Assembly (NCBI RefSeq): GCF_035084215.1
Contig: NC_090340.1
Span: 18,972,001 to 19,036,000, forward strand
From: Heptranchias perlo
Lineage: Eukaryota
Direction: 5' to 3'
DNA length: 64,000 bases
Shown: positions 24,601-38,415 of the stretch, piece after piece
Position numbering within the stretch: the first letter of the stretch is position 1
Layout: every line of letters starts with the position of its first letter
Notes under the pieces: model-generated
Told to the model about the DNA's origin: nothing
Seen by the model: only the letters and a program-made list of their open reading frames with translations
The model's database searches: none
Position numbers and translations under genes: made by a program

Positions 24601-26459
24601 ACTGTTTTATCCATCTTTCTAACCTCACCCTTGCTTTATTGTACATCTGCACCATAAATAAATAACTTTGTTCCTGTTAGCACGCCCGCATCTCCCTGCA
24701 GCACCTTCCGATTAATTTGAAAATTGCAATCATTTTCTATCTTTAGCACTAATTTGTGTTACCTATTAGGGTGATTAACCTGCCCAGTTGGTAAGTGGAT
24801 CTCTAGATGAGATACATTTCCTCTGAAGTATTCCATTTTCCCCACATGACCTTGTCTCATTTGAAAACTGCAGCCTTTTATTTACAGATTTTTTTTTTTG
24901 TTGAGGTCCTTTTTATCCCAGGAGCAAGTTGAAAGATTCTACTGGTCAGCCATGGTGATGACTACCTTATGTTTCCCATTGGTCAGCTAATCAACATATA
25001 TTGATCTCCATGAACTTTCACTTTTAATTTGCCGTAATGCTTTCTGGACTCTGCAATATAACATCGACTGACTTTCAGCATCCTCAAGAGCCTGCTGAGA
25101 AAATCATAGGGGGAGGGGTAAAATACAAGGGCGATCGCATTTTTTAGACTGGTTCAATAGTTTTCTTGATGGTTCTGAATTTATTCAGTGAGTAGCTGAA
25201 CCAAATGGACCAGGAAATTTCCAGGTTTGATCTGTTCGGCATCAGTGCCCCTGATTGAAGAAGGGAAAATCAACGTGTTCCTGCTTCTAGTTGCTATCCA
25301 GTAAGTCTGCTTCTGTAGACTGTGACAAAAACATACCTTTTTGTCTGTATTATTGATTTGGATTTTTTTATGGCTAGGATCTGCGTGCTGTACAGGTTTA
25401 ATTCAAGGTATATTTCTCAACAGAAAAGCTGCCAGCTCAGAGCTCAGTCAAACTGGCTGCATGGGTTTCACAAAGTACAAGTTTCTACGACAATCACAAT
25501 GGGATGCCCAAGGAGCCTACAATAATTGACCAGTTATCATGTTCAATTACAAACATCTCTGTCATAGGCCAAGGTTGGCTTCACTTTCAATATTGATAAT
25601 GCGGCTTTTTCTGGATGGCTGTTGCTCTAATGTAATTATGAAAGATGCAGTCATCCATTGCTTTATTGTTTCAGTATAACTATTTCTATAGATAACCTTG
25701 CCTGGAAATAAACATTTATAGTCAGTTTCAATTTTGTAGCCAGTATCCAGACAGCTCTTTTTATGTAACTTTTGAACTGACTAGCAGACGAGCTTGATCA
25801 GTTAGAGGTGGTTGTATCTTTCACAGTTTAAGAAGTAACTTTTTTTGTTTTAAAGTCTATGCTTAGAGAAAAAATAAGTGGTATCTTTATCATTTTATGT
25901 ATCTAGGAGCGTAGAACAATGTAAGATTCACTTTTATATGGTTTACTGTTCATTCACCTATCCGAGCTTAATAAAGTTACCTATTGGTTCAAAGTTGGTA
26001 AGACCGTATGTTCCATCTGCTTTTTGAGGAAAGAAGAATCACATGATGGGACGTAATATATACTCAATGCACAGTGCAAGGATTCTCTGACATGATCCTT
26101 GGGTCTCTATTGTTTACCTACATATTGGTCAATGGGAACTCAAGGTCCATTGTGGGAGTGACACTGAATCTGAGAATATTTCCAGTGTTCAAAAGCCAAA
26201 AACATGACCAGGATGTTGAATAAAATGGTGCCATGTTGGGTTATGATGCCCCCAAGATTGAATAGCCTTCCAGCACCTACTGTATAGGCTCGTGCAATAA
26301 TAATGGCCACTTGGGTGAGGGACCAGAGGATAACCTGTGGCCAAGGAATCGTTACCCAGCAAGGAGTGGACGGGGAGGGGAGAAAAATCGGAGGGAAAAT
26401 GACTGATTTTGATAAAATAGCTGTTTAAAAATAAAACAAAACTATTGAATGCATCAGTG

Positions 26460-27000
26460 AACGTCTTGATCTTCTTTCTGCGCCGCCTCTACTTTTGGGG
26501 TAAAACGTGACTTCCATCGAGAGGCCTGCGAACTCTCCGCGACTTCCTGGCGTCCTTCGGAGTGCTGGAGCGTGTCAGAATCGTGGACTTAGCGGGTTCC
26601 AGAATCAGTTGGGGGTGATTTTAAACCTCAAGAACGGGTGGGTTGGGGGCGGGTGGGAGTTGAAAACAGTTGTTTCTTGGGTTGCGCCCGCAGCCTGGCT
26701 TTATTTCCAGGTTTAACGTCAGTGTGCAAAAGTACAGGCTTCCCACTGGGAATGCAAACTCCAAAAATTTTGTGGTTGCGACCCAAAAAAACAACTCTTT
26801 TCAACTCCAACCCACCGTTCTTGGGCTTTAAAATCACCCCCTTGATATTTAGTTTATGGGGGAGCGGGATCCGCACTTACTCCTGCGCTCATTGCTTCCT
26901 CAGTGGCTCCGCTAAAGGGACGGCCAGAGCTTCCAGTTTTGTGTTAGTTGAAATATAGAGATCGAGATATAGTTGCTGAGACCACAGAGGGTGAGTCAGA
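26460..27000. promoter_or_regulatory. CpG-rich promoter-like region with splice donors on both strands
   Basis: Local CpG enrichment; plus donor GG|GTGAGT at 26991; minus donor GA|GTAAGT at 26880. Confidence 0.45.
26611..26841. mobile_element. MITE (probably Harbinger-type)
   Basis: TIRs GGGGGTGATTTTAAA / TTTAAAATCACCCCC extending into longer imperfect inverted arms. Confidence 0.85.
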
Positions 27001-27344
27001 TTCATTCATTGATTTATTTTTGCGTTTCGCAATTGTAACATTTTCTAAAACTTAGCATTTGGGGTGAAAGACCCTTGACCAAAATACTCTGTCCCCCTTT
27101 TTTCTCTTTCCAGATGCTGCTATGCATTTCCAGAATTGTTATTTTAGATAATCCAGCATTTTGATTTATTTCCATAAATCCAACATGGAATTCAGAAGAA
27201 ACTTCTTTACCCAGAGAGTGGTAAGAATGGGGAACTCGCTACCACATGGAGCAGTTGAAGCGACTAGCATGGATGCATTTAAGGGGAAGCTAGATAAACA
27301 CGAAGGAGAAAGGAATAGAAGGATATGTTGATAAGGTGGGAGGA

Positions 27345-29807
27345 GACTCTGGGTGGGGGACTTCAATGTCCATCACCAAGAGTGGCTCGGTAGCACCACT
27401 ACTGACCGAGCTGGCCGAGTCCTGAAGGACATAGCTGCTAGACTGGGCCTGCGGCAGGTGGTGAGCGAACCAACACGAGGGAAAAACTTACTTGACCTCG
27501 TCCTCACCAATCTACCTGTCGTAAATGCATCTGTCCATGACCGTATTGGTAGGAGTGACCACCGCACAGTCCTCGTGGAGATGAAGTCCCGTCTCCACAC
27601 TGAGGACATCATCCAACGTGTTGTGTGGCACTACCACCGTGCTAAATGGGATAGATTCAGAATGGATCTAGCAGCTCAAAACTGGGCATCCATGAGGCGC
27701 TGTGGGGCAGCAGCAGCAGAATTGTATTCCAGCACAATCTAACCTCATGGCCCGGCATATTCCTCACTCTACCATTACCAACAAGCCAGGGGATCAACCC
27801 TGGTTCAATGAGAAGTGTAGAAGAGCATGCCAGAAGCAGCACCAGGCGTACCTAAAAATGAGGTGCCAACCTGGTGAAGCCAGAACACTGGACTACATGC
27901 ATGCTAAACAGCGGAAGCAACATGCTATAGACAGAGCTAAGCGATTCCACAACCAACGGATCAGATCAAAGCTCTGCAGTCCTGCCACATCCAGTCGTGA
28001 ATGGTGGTGGACAATTAAACAACTAACGGGAGGAGGAGGCTCTGCAAACATCCCCATTCTCAATGATGGCGGAGTCCAGCACGTGAGTGCAAAAGACAAG
28101 GCTGAAGCGTTTGCAACCATCTTCAGCCAGAAGGGCCGAGTGGATGATCCATCTCAGCCTCCTCCCGATATCCCCACCATCACGGAAGCCAGTCTTCGGC
28201 CAATTCGATTCACTCCACGTGATATCAAGAAACGGCTGAGTGCACTGGATACAGCAAAGGCTATGGGCCCCGACAACATCCCAGCTGTAGTGCTGAAGAC
28301 TTGTGCTCCAGAACTAGCTGCGCCTCTAGCCAAGCTGTTCCAGTACAGCTACAACACTGGCATCTACCCGACAATGTGGAAAATTGCCCAGGTATGTCCT
28401 GTCCACAAAAAGCGGGACAAATCCAATCCGGCCAATTACCGCCCCATCAGTCTACTCTCAATCATCAGCAAAGTGATGGAAGGTGTCGTCGACAGTGCTA
28501 TCAAGCGGCACTTACCAATAACCTGCTCACTGATGCTCAGTTTGGGTTCCGCCAGGACCACTCGGCTCCAGACCTCATTACAGCCTTGGTCCAAACATGG
28601 ACAAAAGAGCTGAATTCCAGAGGTGAGGTGAGAGTGACTGCCCTTGACATCAAGGCAGCATTTGACCAAGTGTGGCACCAAGGAGCCCTAGTAAAATTGA
28701 AGTCAATGGGAATCAGGGGGAAAACTCTCCAGTGGCTGCAGTCATACCTAGCACAAAGGAAGATGGTAGTGGTTGTTGGAGGCCAATCATCTCAGCCCCA
28801 GAGCATTGCTGCAGGAGTTCCTCGGCAGTGTCCTAGGCCCAACCATCTTCAGCTGCTTCATCAATGACCTTCCCTCCATCATAAGGTCAGAAATGGGGAT
28901 GTTCGCTGATGACTGCACAGTGTTCAGTTCCATTCCCAACCCCTCAGATAATGAAGCAGTCCGAGCCCGCATGCAGCAAGACCTGGACAACATCCAGGCT
29001 TGGGCTCATAAGTGGCAAGTAACATTCGCGCCAGATAAGTGCCAGGCAATGACCATCTCCAACAGGAGAGAGTCTAACCACCTCCCCTTGACATTCAACG
29101 GCATTACCATCGCCGAATCTCCCACCATCAACATCCTGGGGGTCACCATTGACCAGAAACTTAACTGGACCAGCCATATAAATACTGTGGCTACGAGAGC
29201 AGGTCAGAGGCTGGGTATTCTGCGGCGAGTGACTCACCTCCTGACTCCCCAAAGCCTTTCCACCATCTACAAGCCACAAGTCAGGAGTGTGATGGAATAC
29301 TCTCCACTTGCCTGGATGAGTGCAGCTCCAACAACACTCAAGAAGCTCGACACCATCCAGGATAAAGCAGCCCGCTTGATTGGCACCCCATCCACCACCC
29401 GAAACGTTCATTCCCTTCACCACCGGCGCACTGTGGCTGCAGTGTGCACCATCCACAGGATGCACTGCAGCAACTCGCCAAGGCTTCTTCGACAGCACCT
29501 CCCAAACCCGCGACCTCTACCACCTAGAAGGACAAGAGCAGCAGGCGCATGGGAACAACACCACCTGCACGTTCCCCTCCAAGTCACACACCATCCCGAC
29601 TTGGAAATATATCGCCGTTCCTTCATTGTCGCTGGGTCAAAATCCTGGAACTCCCTTCCTAACAGCACTGTGGGAGAACCGTCACCACACGGACTGCAGC
29701 GGTTCAAGAAGGCGGCTCACCACCACCTTCTCGAGGGCAATTAGGGATGGGCAATAAATGCCGGCCTCGCCAGCGACGCCCACATCCCGTGAACGAATAA
29801 AAAAAAA
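27345..29807 (+). mobile_element. CR1-group LINE of a second family, frameshifted ORF2, inserted in an older CR1 3' end (27170-29870)
   Basis: GDFN, SDH, NYRPISLL and MFADD motifs across frameshifted ORFs; tail cccacatcccgtgaacgaataaaaaaaa. Confidence 0.92.
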
Positions 29808-29964
29808 GTATAAACATCGGCATGAACCTGTTGGGCCGAATGGCTTGTTTCTGTGCTGTACATTCTATGTAAACGTACATTTATGTATCACACCAGTCCT
29901 TTTGTGTTGGTTATACATCTTGTGACGTGTACATTCCATCTTAAATTTGTTGCACTATAAACCT

Positions 29965-30710
29965 TGTGAATCTCCCTGGCCTCTGTCTGAGGGTGAACCA
30001 GTCTGCTCACAACCTTGACGTCCTATTGGACCCTGAGCTGAGCTTCCGATCACCAAGACCGCCTACTTCCACCTATGTAACATTGCCCGTCTCTGCCCCT
30101 GCCTCAGCCCATCTGCTGCTGAAACCCTCCTCCATGCCTTTGTTACCTCCAGGCTCTACTATTCCAATGCTCTCCTAGCCAGCCTCCCATCTTCCACTCT
30201 CTGTAAACTTGAGCTCATCCAAAACTCTGCTGCCCCTATCCTAACTCATACCAAGTCCTGTTCACCCATCACCCCTATGCTCACTGACCTGCATTGGCTC
30301 CCAATCCAGCAAAGCCTCAAATTTAAAATTCTCATCCTTATGTTCAAATCCCTCCATGGCCTTGTTCCTCCCTATCTCTGTAACCTCTTCCAGCCCAACA
30401 ACCCACCAAGAACTCTGCGTTGCTCCAACTCTGGCCTCTTGTCCATCCCCCAGATCCTTCACCCCACCTTTGCAGGCTGTTCCTTCAGCTGTCCATGCCC
30501 TAAGCTGTAGAACCCCCCCCCCCCCCGCCCCCAAAACCTCTGCCTTTCCACCTCTCTCCTGCTTTAAAACCTACCTCTTTGACCAAGCTTTGGTTACCTG
30601 TCCTAATATCTTATGTGGCTCGGTGTCAAATTTTGTCTGATAACACTCCTGTGAAGTGCCTTGGGACGTTTTGCTATGTGAAAGATGCTATATAAATGCA
30701 AGTTGTTGTC
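29965..30710 (+). mobile_element. L2 LINE 3' fragment
   Basis: MLTDLHWLP...FKILIL.FKSLHGL.PPYL; tail tataaatgcaagttgttg. Confidence 0.85.
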
Positions 30711-30987
30711 GCTTGAAATCTCCCCTCGTATACGTTTATTCCTATTTATAAAAGCTAATGAGAGCCTGTTTAGGAATCACACACCAAATTGGTATATTTT
30801 AAACCATAGGCTGAGCTATCTGCGACTTAGACAGTTATCTGAGCAAGGACGTTCAGAACGAATTCATTGAGCTGATTATATATCGTTTTTCAATTTATAG
30901 TCAAGAGTCCATAGTGCAAGATAATTTGCCATGATTATGGACTACACTCCAGATGTTAATCACACTGAACAGCTGTCTGATTTTACC

Positions 30988-31127
30988 TATGATGTGGAGA
31001 TGCCGGTGATGGACTGGGGTTGACAATTGTAAACAATTTTACAACACCAAGTTATAGTCCAGCAATTTTATTTTAAATTCACAAGCTTTCGGAGGCTACC
31101 TCCTTCCTCAGGTGAACGATGTGGAAC
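30988..31127 (-). mobile_element. Penelope-like element terminal (pLTR) fragment
   Basis: Highly similar to the termini at 40741-40866 and 49669-49800; acctat present at both flanks. Confidence 0.8.
31079..31115 (-). ncRNA. Minimal hammerhead ribozyme motif (Penelope pLTR)
   Basis: Minus strand TCAC-CTGAGGA-A-GGAGG tag CCTCC-GAAA-GCTT-GTGA. Confidence 0.65.
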
Positions 31128-31456
31128 CTATTGCAAACATGCCTTTTTACCATCGTACGTGTGTAAATTTGACGCCAGATAGGTGGGTATGTACGTGGGT
31201 AGTATTCAGTATCATTGTCTCCCTGGAATGCTCTTCCTACACCCCCTCTTCCTTAAAAATGCCCTTAAACCTTGCTCTTTGATGAAATCACGTGTGCTCA
31301 TCGTCCCAACCCTTCTCCCACTATTACTTGGTGTCTAATTATTTTTTTCACGGCTGGGATGTTTTATTTTGTTGAATGGTTGCTACAATTCATAACTTGC
31401 ACATAGTGCCAACCCAGCCCTCACCGAGTTAACTCATCACTGCCCAGAAATGAAAG

Positions 31457-33235
31457 TCAGCATGGATTTGTTAAAGGAAAATCATGTTTGACTAACATTA
31501 TTGAGTTCTTTGATGAAGTAATGGAGAGGGTTGATTTGGTGTATATGGACTTTCAAAAGGCATTTGATAAAGTACCACATAATAGATTTGTTAGCAAAAT
31601 TAAAGCCCATGGGATTGAGGCAGCATTGATACAAAATTGGCTGGGGGACAGAAAGCAGAGAGAAGTGGTGAATGGTTGTTTTTCAGACTGGAGGGAAGTA
31701 TACAGTGGTGTTTCCCAGGCGTCAGTATTAGGACCACTGCTCTTTTTGATATATATTAATGACCTGGACTTGGGTATAAAGGGTATAATTTCAAAATTTG
31801 CAGATGACACAAAACTCAGAAATGTACATAAGAACATAAGAAATAGGAGCAGGAGTAGGCCAATCGGCCCCTTGAGCCTGCTCCGCCATTCAATAAGATC
31901 ATGGCTGATCTGATCCTAACCTCAAATCTAAATTCATGTCCAATTTCCTGCCCGCTCCCCATAACCCCTCATTCCCTTTACTTCTAGGAAACTGTCTATT
32001 TCTGTTTTAAATTTATTTAATGATATAGCTTCCACAGCTTCCTGGGGCAGCAAATTCCACAGACCTACTACCCTCTGAGTGAAGAAGTTTCTCCTCATCT
32101 CAGTTTTGAAAGAGCAGCCCCTTATTCTAAGATTATGCCCCCTTGTTCTAGTTTCACCCATCCTTGGGAACATCCTTACCGCATCCACCTGATCAAGCCC
32201 CTTCACAATCTTATATGTTTCAATAAGATCGCCTCTCATTCTTCTGAACTCCAATGAGTAGAGTCCCAATCTACTCAACCTCTCCTCATATATCCGCCCC
32301 CTCATCCCCGGGATTAACCGAGTGAACCTTCTTTGTACTGCCTGGAGAGCCTCCAAGAAATGTAATAAAAATGTGGAGGATAGTAACAGACTTAAGGAGA
32401 ACATAGACAGACTGGTGAAATGGGCAGACACGTGGCAGATGAAATTTAATGCTGAGAAGTGTCAAGTGATGCATTTTGGTAGGAAGAATGAGGAGAGGCA
32501 ATATAAACTAAATGGTACAATTATAAAGGGGGTGCAGGAACAGAGAGACCTGGGGATGCACATACACAAATCTTTGAAGGTGGCAGGACAAGTTGAGAAG
32601 GCTGTTTATAAAAAAAAAAGCATATGGGATCCTGGGCTTAATGGAGGCGTGGAGTACAAAAGCAAGGAAATTATGTTAAACCTTTATAAAACATTGGTTA
32701 GGCCTCAGCTGGAGTATTATGTTCAATTCTGGGCACCACACTTTAGGAAGGATGTCGAGGCTTTGGAGAAGGTGCAGAAGAGATTTACTAGAATGGTGCC
32801 AGGGATGAAAGACTTCAGTTATGTGGAGAGACTGGAGAAACTGGGGTTGTTCACCTTAGAACAGAGAAAGTTAAGGGGAGATTTGATAGGTGTTCAAAAT
32901 CATGAAGGGTTTTGAAAAAGTAAATAAGGTGAAACCATTTCCAGTGGCAGAAGGGTCATTAACCAGAGGGCACAGATTTAAGGTGATCGGCAAAAGAGCC
33001 AGAGGCGACATGAGGAAACACTTTTTTGCGCAGTGAGTTGTAATGATCTGGAATGCACTGCCTGAAAGGGTGGTGGAAGCAGATTCAATAGTAACTTTCA
33101 AAAGAGAATTGTATAAATACTTGAAAGAAAATACAGGGCTATGGGAAATAGCAGGGGAATGGGTCTAATTGGATAGCTCTTTCAAAGAGCCGGCACAGGC
33201 ACAATGGGCCGAATGGCCGCCTCCTGTGCTGTATC
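31457..33235 (+). mobile_element. CR1 LINE fragment interrupted by an antisense CR1
   Basis: RT ORFs 31488-31826 and 32357-32915 are continuous around the insert. Confidence 0.9.
31827..32355 (-). mobile_element. 5'-truncated CR1 inserted antisense, with 9-bp TSD
   Basis: cataagaacataag tail; AGAAATGTA at 31818-31826 and 32356-32364. Confidence 0.88.
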
Positions 33236-33241
33236 TGCAAT

Positions 33242-33397
33242 TTTTTTTATTCGTTCATAGGATGTAGGCATTGCTGGCAAGGCCAGCGTTTAATACCCAT
33301 CCCTAATTGCCCTTGAGAAGGTGGTGGTGAGCTGCCTTCTTGAACCGCTGCAGTCTTTGTGGTGAGGGTTCTCCCACAGTGCTGTTAGGTAGGGAGG
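33242..33397 (-). mobile_element. 3' end of the second LINE family
   Basis: Reverse complement of about 29650-29807. Confidence 0.85.
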
Positions 33398-36280
33398 TCC
33401 AAATAAAAGAATCGAGCCTGGACCTGCTGCTCTGTAGGGCTTTTGTGTTCTATACCACAGTACTTTATCGACTGAGCATTCGAGAAGGCAATTTGGAGAT
33501 TTTAGGACTGAAGAGAACGAGACAAGATTGCACACCTGTTCAAACATGCAGCAATGTGTACTATTGCAATTTTATGCACATTAACCTCTGCTTTTCAGCA
33601 GCTTCCAACGGCCGAGATTTAGCAGGTTCATTCAAAGTTGAAATGACATGACCGATGATGACTCGTGAGTAAATGACTGTACAAGGCTCTTGCACCTTCT
33701 TCATACTGCTGGGTAAGACGTCAGTCCTCGGTGAGGGAATCGATAATCACACGGGTCGGAGGAAGTAGAAAGGGAAAATGATTGAGGCAGAAGAACTTCC
33801 ATAATCCCTTCTGCTGTATGGTAATATCTCATTATCCACTTGGTGGCGTTCTGCACAAACTTGAGCTGTAACATCACTTGTGTGCAGATTATGTGTATTA
33901 ACAGCAGTTACTGGAAACTAGGGGAAGGAGCTTTTACTTGGTGAAGAGGAGGAATGGGAGGCAATGGCATGTCTAAACAGTACAAGTTAGAAAGAGAAGC
34001 GTGGTGGAACGCCAACATTTGGACAAAGACTGCAAGTTCAGTCTCCCTCTCGGCTGAATCCCTGGTCACAGCCAGATTGTTTCACAGATAATGGGGGGAG
34101 GGGAATAAAGGGAGTAAGACGTAAAGGTATTTCACAGATTAGTGGCACCAACTGTGAACAGTTGTTGCTGAGCCCCAAAATGGGACACAATCAATTCAAC
34201 TGGAAGTAATTATTAACAAAGTGGAAGTGAGTCAACTTTCACCTGTTCAAATGAGCTGCTGTTTTTCTGGTGACAGCCACGATGATAGATCCTGCAATAA
34301 AGCGGGGCTGTGTGTATTGGTGAGACACTACAGAAACATGTAACCGACCATAAAATGATGTTGAAAAGTATAAAAGGTGTTGCTGTCAACAATCAGCATT
34401 TCAATTCATATGTCAACTTGTCAGCATTTCATTTTTTTTTAAAAGTAGTTTTTTTTTCACTGAGGTGGGAAGTTGTCAATCAATCATAATTTGGAAGGAG
34501 GAATGAGAGCCTGTCACAACCAGAGTGACTGGAGTGCAAAATTGGAATCAGTCATGTGTTACTTTCTCCTGTTGTTTACTGTGCACAAACTTGTGGCAGA
34601 AAAATTGAGCCGATAGTGTCTTGAGTCACAGTAACGGAGTATGTTTAGTGCTTGTCAATCATGAAGTTATATGCAGTCTCTTCCTCTTAATTCGAAGTTG
34701 CTTAATTCAAATTATCTATTAACATATTCAAATCATGCAAAAGGAGATGTATTGTGCTGTTTGTGAAATTGCTCAATTTGAACCACTGTCAGGGTTAACA
34801 GGAGAAGACTACATAACAAGGTTCTGAAAAGTTTTTATTTTCCTAAGCTAATTTCTGGGGATTGTTGTCTTTTGTGAAGGTTTATTTTCTTCAATGCAGC
34901 TGCTTTTTTTGAGATGACGTGGATGTTCGCTGCTGTAAATATGTTAACTGGTTTTATTTGACAATTGCTGTCGCTGTACTTGTGAAATTTCCGCGGGATG
35001 GAAACAAAATAAGGAGTGGGATTGGAGTGATGACGAATTTTACTTATATTGAAAGATGACATAGATTCACACTCATTAACAGTAGGCTCCAAATTACAGT
35101 TGCTATCTGTTTTTGGGTACTGCAATAAAAGATGGCTATGCTTGCAGTTTTTGTTATGATGAGCCTGTGTCCCATTGCACTCTCAATCTAACTTGTCTTC
35201 GCATACCATAGACCTGCATTTCAGAACTTTTTTAGCTGTCAATATTTTGGGGGCTTTCAGCTTTTTCGAAGTGATTGATCGCCTGTTTTCTAGGTATGTA
35301 TGAAAAATGTTTATGAATTTACCACAGTGACATGAACTGCAGAAGACTGTTGCAACCCTTCTCAGGTCATCGTTTGCAAGAGATAAAATGCAGCATGATA
35401 GGAAGCATTAACCAGCTGAACAGGAGTGAAGGGCACTTAGGAAATATCTTGCATGATCGGGTTATAACCAACTGTGCAGCTCCAATACCACAAGGACATC
35501 ATCTCCACACATTAGGCTGCTGTTGAGTCTGGTAAGTGGCCTACCTCTCTGTTGCCTGTTTTAATTAGAAATATATATTACCGTAGCAATCTCCACAAAG
35601 CCTTCTCTAATATACGTGTGAACATTTAGTGAAGTCTTGTATGGTCTTAGGTTAATGTCCTGCTCCAATACCGGCGCCCGCAGTAAATTAACAATTGGCA
35701 CTTGTCTTCTGCAGGAGTCTCATTGTAAAAACATGGGCAATTCACATATCCAAAATCTAGTATTAAACATGGTTTCTCATTGCTCAAAGGGCTGCATCAG
35801 CATTTTGCAGAAGGACATATCTGATGTAGATATCAAGTGGACACATTGCAGCTCACCAAGACACAGGATCCAGGGTTTGCATGGGTGACTGCAGTAGTTA
35901 ATGGCAGGAATCTGTACTGTCGTCTCTGGTTTGTATTATACAAGGCCAGAGGATGCAGCATGCACATCTCTCGACTGGTCAGCCACAATTGGCGAGTGTT
36001 GAACTTGCCAAGATTTTGGAACACGCATGGAGCATCGCACTGAGTGAGATTATTCACCTGGCTCGTGAATCAGTACAACATGTTAATTCCAATCTGGAAA
36101 TACCAAGGTGTACAGTGACATGACTGTTGCATGCTATTACAGAAGTTATTTGGGACTGTCAGTGCTGTTTAACCATGAGATAGTGACGTTAACTGTCTCG
36201 CACAGGAATTACTGTTGGTAAGAGCATGATGTGGGGTGTGAAAACTGTCTGCAGACGGAGGCTCTTCCACCCATTTGTTC

Positions 36281-38415
36281 ACATAAGAACATAAGACATA
36301 GAAGCAGGAGTAGGCCATCCGGCCCCTCGAGCCTGCTCCGCCATTCAACAAGATCATGGCTGATCTTCTACCTCAACGACATTTTCCTGCATTATCCCCT
36401 TGATACCTTTTTAATATCTAGAAATCTATCAATCTCTGTTTTGAATGTACTCAATGAGCCTCCACAGCCCTCTGGGGTACAGAATTCCAAAGATTCACCA
36501 CCCTCTGAGTGAAGAAATTTCTCCTCATCTCAGTCCTAAATGGCCTACCCCTTATTCTGAGACTGCGACCCCTGATTCTAGACTCACCCTGTCAAGCCCT
36601 GTAAAAATTTTGTATGTTTCAATGAGATCACCTCTCATTCTTCTAAACTCGAGAGTATAGGCCTAGTCTACTCAATCTCTCCTCATACAACAATCCTGAC
36701 ATCCCAGGAATCAGTCTGGTGAACCTTTGTGGAACTCCCTCTATGGAAAGTACATCCTTGGGTAAGGAGACCAAAATTGTACACAATACTCCAGGTGTGG
36801 TCCCACCAAGACCATGTATAACTGCAGTAAGATATCTTTACTCCTGTACACCACATCCACAGGTTCCCCCTTATCTATTCTACTAGTTACATCCTCAAAG
36901 AACTCCAATAGGTTTGTCAAACATGATTTCCCTTTCATAAATCCATGTTGACTCTGCCAAATCCTATTATTATTTTCTAAGTGTCCTGTTATCACATCCT
37001 TTATAATAGATTCTAGCATTTTCTCTACTACTGATGTCAGGCTAACAGGTCTGTAGTTCCCTGTTTTTTCTCTCTCTCCTTTCATAAATAGGGGGATTAC
37101 ATTTGCTACCCTCCAATCTGCAGGAACCGTTCCAGAATCTAAAGAATTTTGGACGATGACAACCAATGCATCCACTATCTCTATAGCCACCTCTTTCAAA
37201 ACCCTGGGATGTAGATCATCAGGTCCTTGGGATTTATCAGCTTTCAGTCCCATTAATTTTTCTAGTACTATTTTTTTTGACTAATATTAATTTCTTTCAG
37301 TTCCGCATTCTCGCCATATCCTTGGTTCTCTAGTATTTCTGGGAGGTTTTTTGTTTCTTCTTCCGTGAAAACAGACACAAAGTATTTGTTTAATTTCTCT
37401 GCCATTTCCTTATTTCCCTTTATAAATTCTCCTGTCCCTGTCTGTAAGGGACCCACATTTGCCTTTGCCAGTCTTTTCCTTTTTACATACCTATAGAAGC
37501 TTTTACAGTCCGTTTTTATGTTTCTTGCTAGTTTACTCTCATATTCTATTTTCCCTTTCTTTATCAATTTCTTGGTCCTCCTTTGCTGAATTCTAAAATG
37601 CCCCCAATCCTCAGGCTTACTGTTTTTTTTGGCAACTTTATGTGCCTCTTCCTTTGATTTAATACTATCTTTCTCTTGTTAGCCACGATTGGACCACTTT
37701 TCCTGTTGGGTTTTGGTGCCTTATAGGAATATATATTTGTTGCAAATTATGTATTAATTCTTTATATGCCAGCCATTGCCTGTCTACCATCACACCTTTT
37801 AATGTAGTTCCCCAATCAACCACAGCCAACTTGCGCCTCATACCTTCATAGTTTCCTTTGTTTAGATTTAAGACCCTAGTTTCGGATTGAACTACATCAC
37901 TTTCAAACTTAATGAAGACTTTTATCATATTATGGTCACTCTTCTCTAAGGGCTCCTTTACAACAAAATTATTAATTAACCCTTTCTCATTGCACAATAC
38001 TAGATCTAAAATAGCCTGTTCCCTAGTTGCTTCCTCAACATACTGATCCAGAAAACCATCTCGTATACATTCCAGGAATTCATCCTCCACAGGAGTGCTA
38101 ATTTGGTTTGCCCAATCATATGTGGATTAAAGTCCCCCATGATTACTGTATTACCCTTGTTACATGCACTTCTAATTTCCTGCTTTATACATTGCCACTA
38201 CTGTCTGGTGGCCTATAAATAACTCCCACCAATGTTTTCTGCTGTTTCTTAGCTCCACCCAAACTGATTCTACATCTTGATCTTCTGAGCCAAGATCCTT
38301 TCTCACAATTTTACTGATTGCATCCTTTATTAACAGCACTACCCCACCTCCTTTTCTTTTTTGCCTGTTCTTCCTAAATGTCGAATATCTTTGAATATTC
38401 AGTTCCTAGCCTTGT
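36281..38415 (-). mobile_element. CR1 LINE with an internal deletion of the RT core
   Basis: Endonuclease-side ORF 37665-38090; RT ORF joins VDVVY directly to RSKDILLQLY. Confidence 0.88.

Noticed and set aside
35020-35230. Box C-like TGATGA motifs suggesting snoRNAs
   Set aside because: No properly placed box D (CTGA) or terminal stem found
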